DNA of 64,000 nt from Macrostomum lignano. Its lineage: Eukaryota. Positions 36,915 through 47,800 of this stretch are shown one piece after another; positions within the stretch are counted from its first letter, which is position 1, and each line of letters begins with the position of its first letter. The translations under genes were made by a program, and so were the position numbers. Below the pieces are notes generated by a model. It was not told where the DNA came from, made no database searches, and saw only the letters and a list, made by a program, of their open reading frames with translations. Location: assembly GCA_002269645.1 (NCBI GenBank), contig NIVC01000110.1:310001-374000 (forward strand). The letters are read 5' to 3'.

Positions 36915-39491
36915 GCCACATCGAGCGGCAGCAGCTCCAAACGTAGAGGCAATCATTCAGCCTCATTCCTGCTGCATCAGAATGAAAAACAAAAACAAAA
37001 AAGCCATAAAAACAAGGCAACTGTCAAGAAGAACAGCAGCAGCACTGCCACTTGGCGCTGCCGTCACTGCACCTACGAGAATCAGCTGGCTGAGACGCGT
37101 CGCACCGCCGGTTCTGGTCGACTCATCTGCGAAGTCTGCGGCAAATCTAGCGAGCCCGTTGGCGTTCACAACGCTGCACCGACTGCGGTTGCCGAGCACT
37201 CCGACTGTGGCGACTGTCCGCTGTGCCTGGAGTCGCAGCTGGCATTGCTGACAGTCCCTCTGTGCGGCTGTCGGCTCTGCAGCGACTGTCTGTGTAGATT
37301 CGTCCGAGTCAGCTTGCGCAGTCACGGCTCGGCTGACCGGCTTGCTTGTCCGGTTTGCAGCCGGCCAGATTCGGACACTCTGGCCGATCCTAGTTGTGAG
37401 TACTTTCCCCAGCTGCGGAGTCTGCTAGCGGGCCGGCTCAGCCGCGACCTAATGCAGCAGCTCGACGACAGGCTGCGCGACTGGCGTCTGGAGCGAAGTC
37501 GCAACTTCATGTGGTGCAGCGGCTGCGCTTTCGGCTTTGAAGTTGACGACAACGTCGAGGAGTTGGCGATCCGGTGTCCGCACTGCAGCAAGGAGACGTG
37601 CAGGAAGTGCGGCAAGGCGTGGCACGAGCGGCACCGAGGCGTGAGCTGCCAGCAGTTCGGCGAGTGGCGTCAGCAGACGGACTTGAGCGAGCGCGGACTG
37701 GCGCAGTTCCTGGAGAGTCGGGGCAGCTCGTGTCCAAAGTGCGGCTTCCAGTTCGAGCTGTCTCGAGGCGGCTGTCTTCACCTGACGTGCAGGCAGTGCA
37801 AGGCGGAGTTCTGCAGCGACTGCGGCAGTCTGTTTGTTCGACAGGAGTGCTGCGGCGGGAACAAGGGACTCCATTGCCACCACGGGTCGGAGTGCGTGGA
37901 GACGTTCAGAGACTGGCCGTTGGAGAAGGTTCGGCAGACGGCGCTGGAGCGGGGCGTTCAGCTGGAGCTTGTCGGAGTGGCGGTCGCTGGAGGTCGGTGC
38001 AGCATCCAGGAGCAGAAGGAGACATCAGGAGGCGGTCTGGAGGACGGGGAGTGCGGGAGGCCGGTCGTCGAGTCGGGTCTGTGCGAGTCGCACCTCAAGG
38101 AGGCCCTGGCCAGCGCCATGCGTGGCAGGAAAGTCAAGCAGGCAGTCACCGCCGCCGCCGCCCCTGCCGCATCTAATCCAGTGGAGTCAAAGCTCACTCC
38201 GATGCTCATCGAAATGATGACGCGCCTGCCTCCGCCGTTACTGCCGACTTCTACGCCGCAGGAGGCCGCTCCGCAGCAGCCGTGGATCTGCAGCCTGTGC
38301 CACAATGTCAACTCGCCGGTCAACGTTGAATCCGGTTCGCCTGCCAGCTGTGAGATGTGCGACTCACCAGCAGCTGCCGCTTCTGCGACCTCGAATCAAA
38401 GGCCTGGAGGTGGCACAACAGCGTTGCAGGCAGTCAGGACTTCCATACCTTCTGTGACTAACTGGTTCGCTCGGCCTCCACCGCCTCTGCTGCCGAATCA
38501 GAGCTTGAGACCGTCGCATTACAGACAGCCAATGCAGAGCATGAACTCAATGCAGCCAATGCAGCCAATGCAGAGCATGAACTCAATGCAGCCAATGCAG
38601 AGCATGAACTCAATGCAGCCAATGCAGAGCATGAACTCAATGCAGCCAATGCAGAGCATGAACTCAATGCAGCCAATGCAGAGCATGAACTCAATGCAGC
38701 CAATGCAGAGCATGAACTCAATGCAGCCAATGCAGAGCATGAACTCAATGCAGCCAATGCAGAGCATGAACTCAATGCAGCCAATGCAGAGCATGAACTC
38801 AATGCAGCCAATGCAGAGCATGAACTCAATGCAGCCAATGCAGAGCATGAACTCAATGCAGCCAATGCAGAGCATGAACTCAATGCAGCCAATGCAGAGC
38901 ATGAACTCAATGCAGCCAATGCAGAGCATGAACTCAATGCAGCCAATGCAGAGCATGAACTCAATGCAGCCAATGCAGAGCATGAACTCAATGCAGCCAA
39001 TGCAGAGCATGAACTCAATGCAGCCAATGCAGAGCATGAACTCACCAGTACCGCCAATGCAGAGCATGAACTCAACAGTACCGCCAATGCAGAGCATGAA
39101 CTCACCAGTACCGCCAATGCAGAGCATGAACTCACCAGTACCGCCAATGCAGAGCATGAACTCACCAGTACCGCCAATGCAGAGCATGAACTTACCAGTA
39201 CCGCCAATGCAGAGCATGAACTTACCAGTACCGCCAATGCAGAGCATGAACTCACCAGTACCGCCAATGCAGAGCATGAACTCACCAGTACCGCCAATGC
39301 AGAGCATGAACTTACCAGTACCGCCAATGCAGAGCATGAACTCACCAGTACCGCCAATGCAGAGCATGAACTCACCAGTACCGCCAATGCAGAGCATGAG
39401 CTCAAGAATGCAGCAGTTCACGAGCCCGTTTCAGCCAATAAATGCGACTCAACAGAATCTAAAATCTTACCACTATCAACAACAGAATTAA
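36915..39491 (+). CDS. H2: HOIP-like RBR ligase paralogue (NZF, RING1-IBR-RING2-LDD variant, NZF, M/Q/S/N repeat tail)
   Basis: The frame is open from the acceptor TTTTTTTCCAG| (36915), upstream of the ORF-track start at 37245. Motifs: WRCRHCTYEN, ELSRGGCLHLTC, LHCHHGSEC, LCESHLKEAL. Confidence 0.85.
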   Translation, partial: ATSSGSSSKRRGNHSASFLLHQNEKQKQKSHKNKATVKKNSSSTATWRCRHCTYENQLAETRRTAGSGRLICEVCGKSSEPVGVHNAAPTAVAEHSDCGDCPLCLESQLALLTVPLCGCRLCSDCLCRFVRVSLRSHGSADRLACPVCSRPDSDTLADPSCEYFPQLRSLLAGRLSRDLMQQLDDRLRDWRLERSRNFMWCSGCAFGFEVDDNVEELAIRCPHCSKETCRKCGKAWHERHRGVSCQQFGEWRQQTDLSERGLAQFLESRGSSCPKCGFQFELSRGGCLHLTCRQCKAEFCSDCGSLFVRQECCGGNKGLHCHHGSECVETFRDWPLEKVRQTALERGVQLELVGVAVAGGRCSIQEQKETSGGGLEDGECGRPVVESGLCESHLKEALASAMRGRKVKQAVTAAAAPAASNPVESKLTPMLIEMMTRLPPPLLPTSTPQEAAPQQPWICSLCHNVNSPVNVESGSPASCEMCDSPAAAASATSNQRPGGGTTALQAVRTSIPSVTNWFARPPPPLLPNQSLRPSHYRQPMQSMNSMQPMQPMQSMNSMQPMQSMNSMQPMQSMNSMQPMQSMNSMQPMQSMNSMQPMQSMNSMQPMQSMNSMQPMQSMNSMQPMQSMNSMQPMQSMNSMQPMQSMNSMQPMQSMNSMQPMQSMNSMQPMQSMNSMQPMQSMNSMQPMQSMNSMQPMQSMNSMQPMQSMNSPVPPMQSMNSTVPPMQSMNSPVPPMQSMNSPVPPMQSMNSPVPPMQSMNLPVPPMQSMNLPVPPMQSMNSPVPPMQSMNSPVPPMQSMNLPVPPMQSMNSPVPPMQSMNSPVPPMQSMSSRMQQFTSPFQPINATQQNLKSYHYQQQN
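38526..39398 (+). repeat. In-frame coding tandem repeat: 27-bp (MQSMNSMQP) then 30-bp (MQSMNSPVPP) units
   Basis: Directly visible; both unit lengths are multiples of 3. Confidence 0.97.
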
Positions 39492-40001
39492 ATCGCACAG
39501 AATCTAGACGGCAATGTTGAATAAAATACTTTGGACTTGTTCCAATAGTATTATGCAAGTATTTAGCTTCTAATTACTCAATATCCTTATCTAATGCAGA
39601 GTGATTTTTACCAATCTCTCAAGGAGTCTAATGTATTTAAGCTAGCATTTTTTCTCTCCAATCTCATCAAATTGTCTCCACACGCGAATGCAAATACTCC
39701 GATATATTTTAGTCAAATTATTAGATTTTTATTAAACATTATGTTTAATTCTCAGCCTAGCATTTCTATTAAAATGATTAATAGTTTTATCATGTGTTGT
39801 CAGACGTAAGCGTTAGATGACTTAGTTTAATTCTAAATTAGCTGCAAAGGCAAAAAAACGTGTGCTTCATTTAGTGCCGTGCAGTTCATATAGATATTAA
39901 TTTAATTATAAAACCAATAGCTGGGGAAAAAGCGTTCCATTTGTCAGTGTATCAACAATTTGCCCTAGTCCTATGGCCTAGTAACCTGGCTGTTTTAGAG
40001 A

Positions 40002-40350
40002 GGACCCGCAGTCCAGTGGTCCAGCGCGGCGCTCTGAAGTGCCAGGGGTCCAGGCTCGATTCCAAATGCAGTCGCGTTAATTTGGGGCTAAATTGGAATC
40101 TCGGCTTGGCTCTGCTCGTGCAATTAACGGTCTTGAGGGCCAACCCCCAGGGCACAGTGAAGTGTACATGCCTAACGATAAATAGAGTCAGGGCCGCTGT
40201 ACACTCCTGTGTGAGTGTGTGCCTGTGCGTATGACTGCGTACGTATCCGCGCGCTTGTGTGCCTGCTCAGGGGAGTCGGCGTAATGGGCAGCAATGCCTT
40301 TCGCTGGTTGTGTGACAATGTCGCTTGAAGTGCGCCACCTGATGCACACA
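40002..40350 (+). mobile_element. tRNA-derived SINE family A, copy 2
   Basis: GCAGTCCAGTGG (A box) and GGCTCGATTCC (B box); body shared with copies 1 and 3. Confidence 0.82.
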
Positions 40351-41100
40351 GCCCACTGACTCAGTATAATTATTGCATGGCTCAGTATGTCAACAGTACA
40401 ACCAGCAACATTGAGACACCAACGCTGAGACCAAAAAAGTGAAAAAGCAAGTGATTAAAACAAAAATACTATAAAGTTGCATACTTGCGTCTAAGACAAA
40501 AGGTCGCACAAGTTGCATTCAGCGACAGAATGCTGGATCGGTGCCTAATTTTGCACTAATAGCTGGTGAAAGCCATAAACCTTTGTTTAGTCAAAGTTTT
40601 ATATATTAACGAATGATAATGGCAGTTGTTTAATGGCAGGTTTAAGTATAATTCAATTACGATATGAGTGGTGGCAATCGTACGCTCGTATTTATTACAA
40701 TGTGCTCATTTTTATTTATTTTAGCTTTAATTTTGGTTGCGATACAACTGCTTGAATGATATTGGCACTTTGTGTGTTACACGCTTCATGCTTATCTATT
40801 TATCAGCTGATGTGTTATTACAAAGTGCCTATTTGTCTAAATAAATATCGATTATTTTTTCGAGCAATATTTCCGAAATTATAACTTTGCTATTTTTTTT
40901 TTACTTCAAAGCACAACCATTGCTTTTAGTGACTTAAAATTTGAACTTAGCGTAAAAATTTTTGAAAAAGGCTTAGGAGCTTTAGAATTTCGTTCCTATT
41001 CTAAATAGCTAGTTATATTTATTAACTCAAATCTTAAGATTTTTACGAGGCATACAACCACAAATGTAAATATCATTCATGTTGGATTGAATAATCTAGC

Positions 41101-42210
41101 ATGCCACACTTATCGCAGTGGCAGTGTCCGCACTGTACCTTCATCAATGATGGAGCACAGGGTCGCCAACTGCACAGAAGGCTCATCTGCTTAATGTGCG
41201 GAAAATCCACTGATTTCTCAGAGCTGAAGACATCTGCAGAGTGCCCCGTGTGCACCGACGACAAGAAGCTGGTCGAGGTTCCCCTGTGCGGCTGCGAGGT
41301 CTGCAGCGACTGTCTGTGCCAGCAGATCGAGGTGCGCCTGATGAACGACAGCTCGGTGTCGGTGCTGACGTGTCCGGTGTGCGACAAGCTGGACGACCGA
41401 GCTCTGACGGACACTTCGTGCGAGTACTTTCCGCTGCTTCGGAGGCTGCTGGCGGGCCAGCTGAAGCCCGCAGTGATGAAGAAGCTGGATGAGAGACTGC
41501 GCGACTGGCGACTGAAGCTGACGGACAACTTCTGCTGGTGCAGCGGGTGCTCGAACGGTTTCGAGGTGTCGGAGCACCACGACAGGCAGGTGCGGTGCCC
41601 GCACTGCGGCAAGGAGACGTGCAGGAAGTGCGGCAAGGCGTGGCACGAGCGACACCGAGGCGTGAGCTGCCAGCAGTTCGGCGAGTGGCGTCAGCAGACG
41701 GACTTGAGCGAGCGCGGACTGGCGCAGTTCCTAGAGAGTCGGGGCAGCTCGTGTCCAAAGTGCGGCTTCCAGTTCGAGCTGTCTCGAGGCGGCTGTCTTC
41801 ACCTGACGTGCAGGCAGTGCAAGACGGAGTTCTGCAGCGACTGCGGCAGTCTGTTTGTTCGACAGGAGTGCTGCGGCGGGAACAAGGGACTCCACTGCCA
41901 CCACGGGTCGGAGTGCGTGGAGACGTTCAGAGACTGGCCGTTGGAGAAGGTTCGGCAGACGGCGCTGGAGCGGGGCGTTCAGCTGGAGCTTGTCGGAGTG
42001 GCGGGCGCTGGAGGTCGGTGCAGCGTCCAGGAGCAGAAGGAGACGTCAGGAGGCGGTCTGGAGGACGGGAAGTGCGGGAGGCCGGTGGTCGAGTCGGGTC
42101 TGTGCGAGTCGCACCTCAAAGAGGCCCTGGCCAGCGCCATGCGTGGCGACAACAAGAAGCCCCGTGTAGGCGTTGCTAACGTCGCATCTTCAAGGCGAAA
42201 GCAAACCTCA
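41101..42210 (+). CDS. H3 exon 1: HOIP-like RBR ligase paralogue (NZF, RING1-IBR-RING2-LDD variant)
   Basis: WQCPHCTFIN and RBR-LDD motifs as in H2 and H5. Phase-0 donor TCA|GTAAGC at 42210/42211. Confidence 0.85.
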
Positions 42211-42296
42211 GTAAGCTATTCTAGAAGGTATATTTTGTCTTTGCACGTAGTAAAGAGATGTCGCTAACGTCTTGACGAATAACTTTCCCTATCCAG

Positions 42297-42686
42297 GGTG
42301 CTACTGGCGCCGGTTCCAGTCAGAAGACTAATCCTGGAAGCCGCAGAAAGCCACGCAACCACCTGTCCATCGGTGGCAAGGACTGGACTGTGGCCACTGT
42401 TGGCAAAGAGGCAAAGTTTACTTTAACGGACACCAAAGGCGTTGATAGAGGTCAACCATTTTTCCGTCTCGTACCGGAAGGCGTTGAAAGTGACGGTGCT
42501 CAAGTGCCAGTTCGATTCAGAATTGAAGCCTCCGAAGGCAAAGTGAAATACCTCTGCAGTTTTACTCCGAAAATGCCGGGAGTTCATCTGTTAACATTTG
42601 GCTTTGGCAATGTAACAATGGGCCGGTCGTACAGGGTGGAGGTTCGCGATCTAGCAGCAACTGATGGTGCCGTAGATGCAGGTTAG
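42297..42686 (+). CDS. H3 exon 2: filamin/ABP280-type Ig-like repeat
   Basis: Branch point GCTAAC and acceptor TTTCCCTATCCAG| (phase 0). ATVGKEAKFTL...YLCSFTPKMPGVHLLTFGFG...YRVEV fits the filamin repeat pattern. Confidence 0.7.
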   Translation, partial: GATGAGSSQKTNPGSRRKPRNHLSIGGKDWTVATVGKEAKFTLTDTKGVDRGQPFFRLVPEGVESDGAQVPVRFRIEASEGKVKYLCSFTPKMPGVHLLTFGFGNVTMGRSYRVEVRDLAATDGAVDAG

Positions 42687-43231
42687 TTTTGTTGCAATGA
42701 CTGGTTAGGTTTCAGTTGAAATCGTCTACTCAGACAAGATATTGAGACTCGAAGCAGATTTGTTTTTTTATTTAATAACAAGTTGGATAACTTTACTGAG
42801 GTGAATTTTTATTGGTTCAACTGAATGGCAGTTCGAGTTTCTGTTTGTTTGGATTAGAGTTTGGGACTCTAACTACTGTGGCTCTGTTTATGATTTTATT
42901 TCTATTACGAGTATTCGAACCAAAAAACCGAGGCGTTGGATTCGACTGACTGACTTTTCCTGTTGATGCGATCACGCAAGGGGGGTTTACCTACAGTCTG
43001 ATGTAATCAATGGTTTTAATCACATTGATGTTAACTTGCAAAGTAAGATGTTGATACAAGGGGAAGGCTTCAAGTAAGATGCTTCCGATGATTTTGAAAT
43101 CGCTCTAAAGGTCTGCTGTCTGGGCGAACCAGTAGTTCGGTCTGGTGTATGGAGGGGGGTGGTTTATTCTTTAATTGTTAAATCAGAGTAGTTCGGTTAG
43201 CTATTTCTGAGTTGGTCTATTAGAGGGTATA

Positions 43232-43515
43232 GTATCTTACTTGACTTGACTTAGCTTCAAGGGGTTTCGGGCATCTGGATAGAGCGGGAAGGCGTCGTCG
43301 CCCTATAGCTGCAGTTCCCGCCTCCGGAGAGTCCGGAAGGTGGATGGTCGCTCGCCCGGTAGCCCTTGGGTAGCGGACGAGCTGGCAGAGATTCTCCTGG
43401 CCGGAAAACGTCGGAAAGGTCTGGGTTTGGGCCGAAGTTGGTGAGCCTATCCTGAGTAAAGGCGGGGCATTCACAAATAAAGTGCTCCGCATTCTCAACA
43501 CCGGAGAGGCAAAAT
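43232..43515 (-). mobile_element. 5'-truncated non-LTR retrotransposon 3' end
   Basis: Minus-strand CLFCLSGVENAEHFICECPAFTQDR is the C-terminal CCHC knuckle typical of LINE ORF2. It ends in a short (AAGTC)n tail. Confidence 0.65.
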
Positions 43516-44817
43516 AAACAAATGGCAAAATGGTGTTTCACTTTGTAAATTACGGTAATGACGAGTAGGAACGAAAATAGATCACTTCATCAGAGTTTTA
43601 TTAATTGTGTCAAGTGGAGTAAAAGACTGTTTCTTAGCGCGAAAAACTTCTACCTTGCAGATCGGCATCAAGGGAAAGCCTACAGTCAGCGCAGGACTCG
43701 ACTAGAACTCCTGTCGAGTACAGGGCTTCCAACACTGCATTGAGAAATGTGATGGATTTATTCCAACCAATTTTGAGTGATTCAATGCTGAGTTGTTTTT
43801 GTAAACAAAAAGTTCAATTATTCCGTTTTTCAACACAGAATATACCAAAATATTCTCTGTGATTTTATACAATGGTATTATATTTTATAAACGTGATATT
43901 TACCTTAAATTTAAATGTATGATTTAAGACAAAGATAGCTGTGCTGTATCCATATAGTCTTTGTTTTTCATTATTAAGATACTCCAGATTTTGAATGTTT
44001 TGCTGTTAAAGCGTTTTGCTGAAGTGTTAATTTATAAGGTACGAAACGTTTTTGTTTTTGTTCTTTTCTCAACTTCAAATTATGGTTCACTGTGTGATGC
44101 GGTATCAAAACTCAGTTTTTAAAAAACTAAATCGTAATGAAACAGTCGTGAAAAATCAATAGTTTTGGTAAAGGTAGAAAACAATCAATGCACATTAACA
44201 GGTTAAAAGCATGGACAGGCACGAATACAGTAGTGCAACTCTCAGATAATACGGAGGACGTGACCTGCGCCACTGTGCTAGGGCTGGGTGTTGAGGCTAG
44301 GCGAGCTTAGGCAGAACTTCAATGATTAGTGAGTTTGTAGTCTAATTGGCATTTGTAGATTTTTTAAAGCACTTTTCTGGTTGACAACTACAGCACTTAC
44401 CGTATCATACTGAATGAGATGATTTTGTATTGCAGATGGTTTAAATTGCTCCTTAGCCTTTAGGGTAAACAGCTGACTTTGGTTTCCCCAGTGGGAATAC
44501 CAAAACTTTGTTCTTTTTCGTTGCCAAATAAGCTCGACAATTCATCTCAAAGTGCTAAATGCGTTGAAATATTTATTGACTTTAATATTTATTATTTACT
44601 TATTAATTCTTTATATCGCCTAGAAATCAACACCCTACCTGAATATTTCTCGAAAAAACCCTCTAGAGATCACTTTGTTTCTCTTTAGTTTATGCTCTCG
44701 TAGCTAGATTACTCAAACTTGTCAATCCACAGTTGCTCTTGATTGAGTTTAAAGCTTCTACCCTATTTCAATTTCAGCAGCGCTCCTGACCAACAAGCAA
44801 ACTTGGTTGTGCAACGC

Positions 44818-47800
44818 ATGGCTCACCGAGTGTTTGCTGAGCGCTGCCTCATCTGCAGCCGCCCAGGCGCCTCAATCCGGTGCCTGGAGGCCGGCTGCGG
44901 CTTCCAACTGATCTGCGAGTCCTGCCACATCAACTGGCACAGCGTTGAGAATCACCGAGTCGAGGTGCTGCCGCCGCCGCCTCAGGCCCAGCGTCGCTGC
45001 GACACCTGGCTGACCGAGCGACTCCAGGAAGTGAAGCAGCTCAGGGAGTTCAAGGACTTCTCTGATACTGACCTCATTGACTCAATCCAGTCTTGCGAGA
45101 AGGCCTGTGATGATGTGGTAGCTCTGTTAGCGCACTTGAGAAGCCAGTGTTGCAAGTGCTCAAAGCAGATGCCGCGTCACAAGCTGTTTCACATGGCGAC
45201 GTGCGAGTGCGAGCTGTGCTGTGGCTGTTTCTGCAGCTTCCTGTCCGGAATGCCGGGGCAGCTGGAGTGTCCGGTGTGTGGAGTGGCCTGGTCTGGAGAC
45301 CATGTAGCTCGAAACACGACTATGATTCTTGTGTACGAGCTGGAGTCTCAGCTAGGTAATGATGAGGCGGCGAGACTACTGCAGATGTTGGAGCAGCAAC
45401 AGAGCGACCAGCACCAGAGAGAGGAACAGGAGAGAGAAGAACAGCTGAGAGAACAGCTGAGAGACCAGCTGAGAGAGCAACAGGAGAAAGAAGAACAGCT
45501 GAGAGAACAGCTGAGAGACCAGCTGAGAGAGCAACAGGAGAGAGAAGAACAGCTGAGAGACCAGCTGAAAGAGCAACAGGCGAGAGAAGAACAGCTGAGA
45601 GACCAGCTGAGAGAGCAACAGGAGAGAGAAGAACAGCTGAGAGACCAGCTGAAAGAACAGCTGAGAGACCAGCTGAGAGAGCAACAGGAGAGAGAAGAAC
45701 AGCTGAGAGACCAGCTGAGAGAGCAACAGGAGAGAGAAGAACAGCTGAGAGACCAGCTGAGAGAGCAACAGGAGAGAGAAGAACAGCTGAGAAACCAGCT
45801 GAGAGAGCAACAGCAGAGAGAGCAACAGCAGAGAGAGCAGCAGCAGAGAGAGCAGCAGCAGAGAGAGCAGCAGCAGAGAGAGAAGCAGCAAAGAGAGCAG
45901 CAGCAGAAAGAGCAACAGCAGCAGCAGCAGCAGCGGAGAGAGCAACGGAAGAGAGAGCAGCAGCAGAGAGAGCAGCAGAATTCGTTCTTAGACCTGAAAG
46001 TGCGAGGTCAATTTCAAGGTCAAGATAAAGCAAATGATCTTTATGAGCAGCAGAGACAGTATCTCAATAATCTTCAGAAGCAGCAGAGAAATCCACAACA
46101 GGTTGCACTGCAGAGAGAGCAACAGCAGAGAGAGCAACTTGAGAGAGAGCAGCAGCAGAGAGAGCAACAGCAGAGAGAGCAACTTGAGAGAGAGCGACAG
46201 CTGAGAGAGCAACAGCTGAGAGAGCAACAGCAGAGAGAGCAACAGTTGAGAGAACAACAGCAGAGAGAGCAACTTGAGAGAGAGCAGCAGCAGAGAGAGC
46301 AACAGCAGAGAGAGCAACTTGAGAGAGAGCGACAGCTGAGAGAGCAACAGCTGAGAGAGCAACAGCAGAGAGAGCAACTTGAGAGAGAGCAGCAGCAGAG
46401 AGAGCAACAGCAGAGAGAGCAGCAGCAGAGAGAGCAGCAGCAGAGAGAGCAGCAGCAGAGAGAGCAACAGCAAAGAGAGCAACAGCAGAGAGAGCAACGT
46501 GAGAGAGAACAAAAGCAGAGAGAGCAGCAGAAAGAACAGAATCGGCAACTACATGGGCATCATACAACTAATGTTCCTTCAAAAGAAACTTCTCAAAATT
46601 TCCAAGAAAACAATTTTCAAAGCAACGGCAGCTGGGTCTGCATGCACTGCACGCTGGTGAACCCGGCTCCGTCGCAGCCAGGCGCTGGGCTTAGGATTTG
46701 CTCTGCTTGCTCACAGACTACCGAACTCAGTGGCGGCGCCACTAAAGGAGGCGCAGTCGCTCGCAATGAAGCCGTTGCTGCTGCGTCCATGCTGACCTCC
46801 GCAGCCACAGCAGCCGCCAGTGATGCAGTCGGAGCGGTAGGAAGCGATTCCAGCACAGGCTTTATTGAATGGTCCGATAGAACTCAAAACCTGGCTTCGC
46901 AGCTCAGAGTAGAAGACTGGGTTGCAGAGAGAATTCTGGCTGTCAAAAGTATGCCCAAGTTTAACGAGTTTTCCGAATCAGACCTTGTAGTTGCGATTGA
47001 GTCGTGTGGCGGCCTTGCGTTCGAAGACGACGCTCTGATGAGCCAACTGCGTCGCAAGTGCAGCCGCTGTTCGAATGAGTTGCCACGTCACAAACTTGTT
47101 GCAATGGCAGCATGCGAGTGTCAGATGTGTCCAGAGTGTTTTCGAAAATTTCTTCTTAGACTGGAAAGCAGCAGGATTCAGTGCCCTGTCTGCCATTGTG
47201 TGTGCGATGATGAGGACAGTCGGGATTTTATGACTTTGCAGCTGATGGAAATGGCGGATGTGCTTGGCACTGACACTGTGGAGTATGCAGTGGCGCACAT
47301 TAAAGTCCTTGTGCTGGGAGGTGTTTCAAAAAAAAGTGATGATGAAGATTGGGTAAAGGTCGACGCTCAAGGTAAGAAAGGGAAAAACTCAAAAGCCTCC
47401 AAAGATGCCTCGACAGTTCCAGTAAACACTTCGAATGGTTATTGTCCTCATAGGAATGGTGGACTACCGAAAAGGGACACTCGACAGTGCGAAAGTTACT
47501 GCAAAGTTTGCAAACAGGATGTCTGCAAGAAATGTTTCGGCTTCTGGGTTGATCACCAACGGATGGACTGCAGCAGTTATCGGGATTATGCAGCAGGTAT
47601 TCAACAAAAAGGAGATTATAACGAAATGCACATAGCTGCTCAAAAGCAAGGCTTCTCGCCTACTGACGCAAACCTGCACGATCAGATGATGGAGCTTCTG
47701 ACTTTTGATTTGGTTTGCCCAGTCTGCAGTCATTGCTACCAACAAGTGTCCAAATCAGGAAGCCTTGTGTTTCACTGCAGATGTGGGCATTCATTCTGTC

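Noticed and set aside
38526-39398. CATGAACTCA(C) shared between the H2 coding repeat and the 12-bp intergenic satellite
   Set aside because: The 10-11-bp match is explained by Met-Asn-Ser codons; nothing else in the units is shared.
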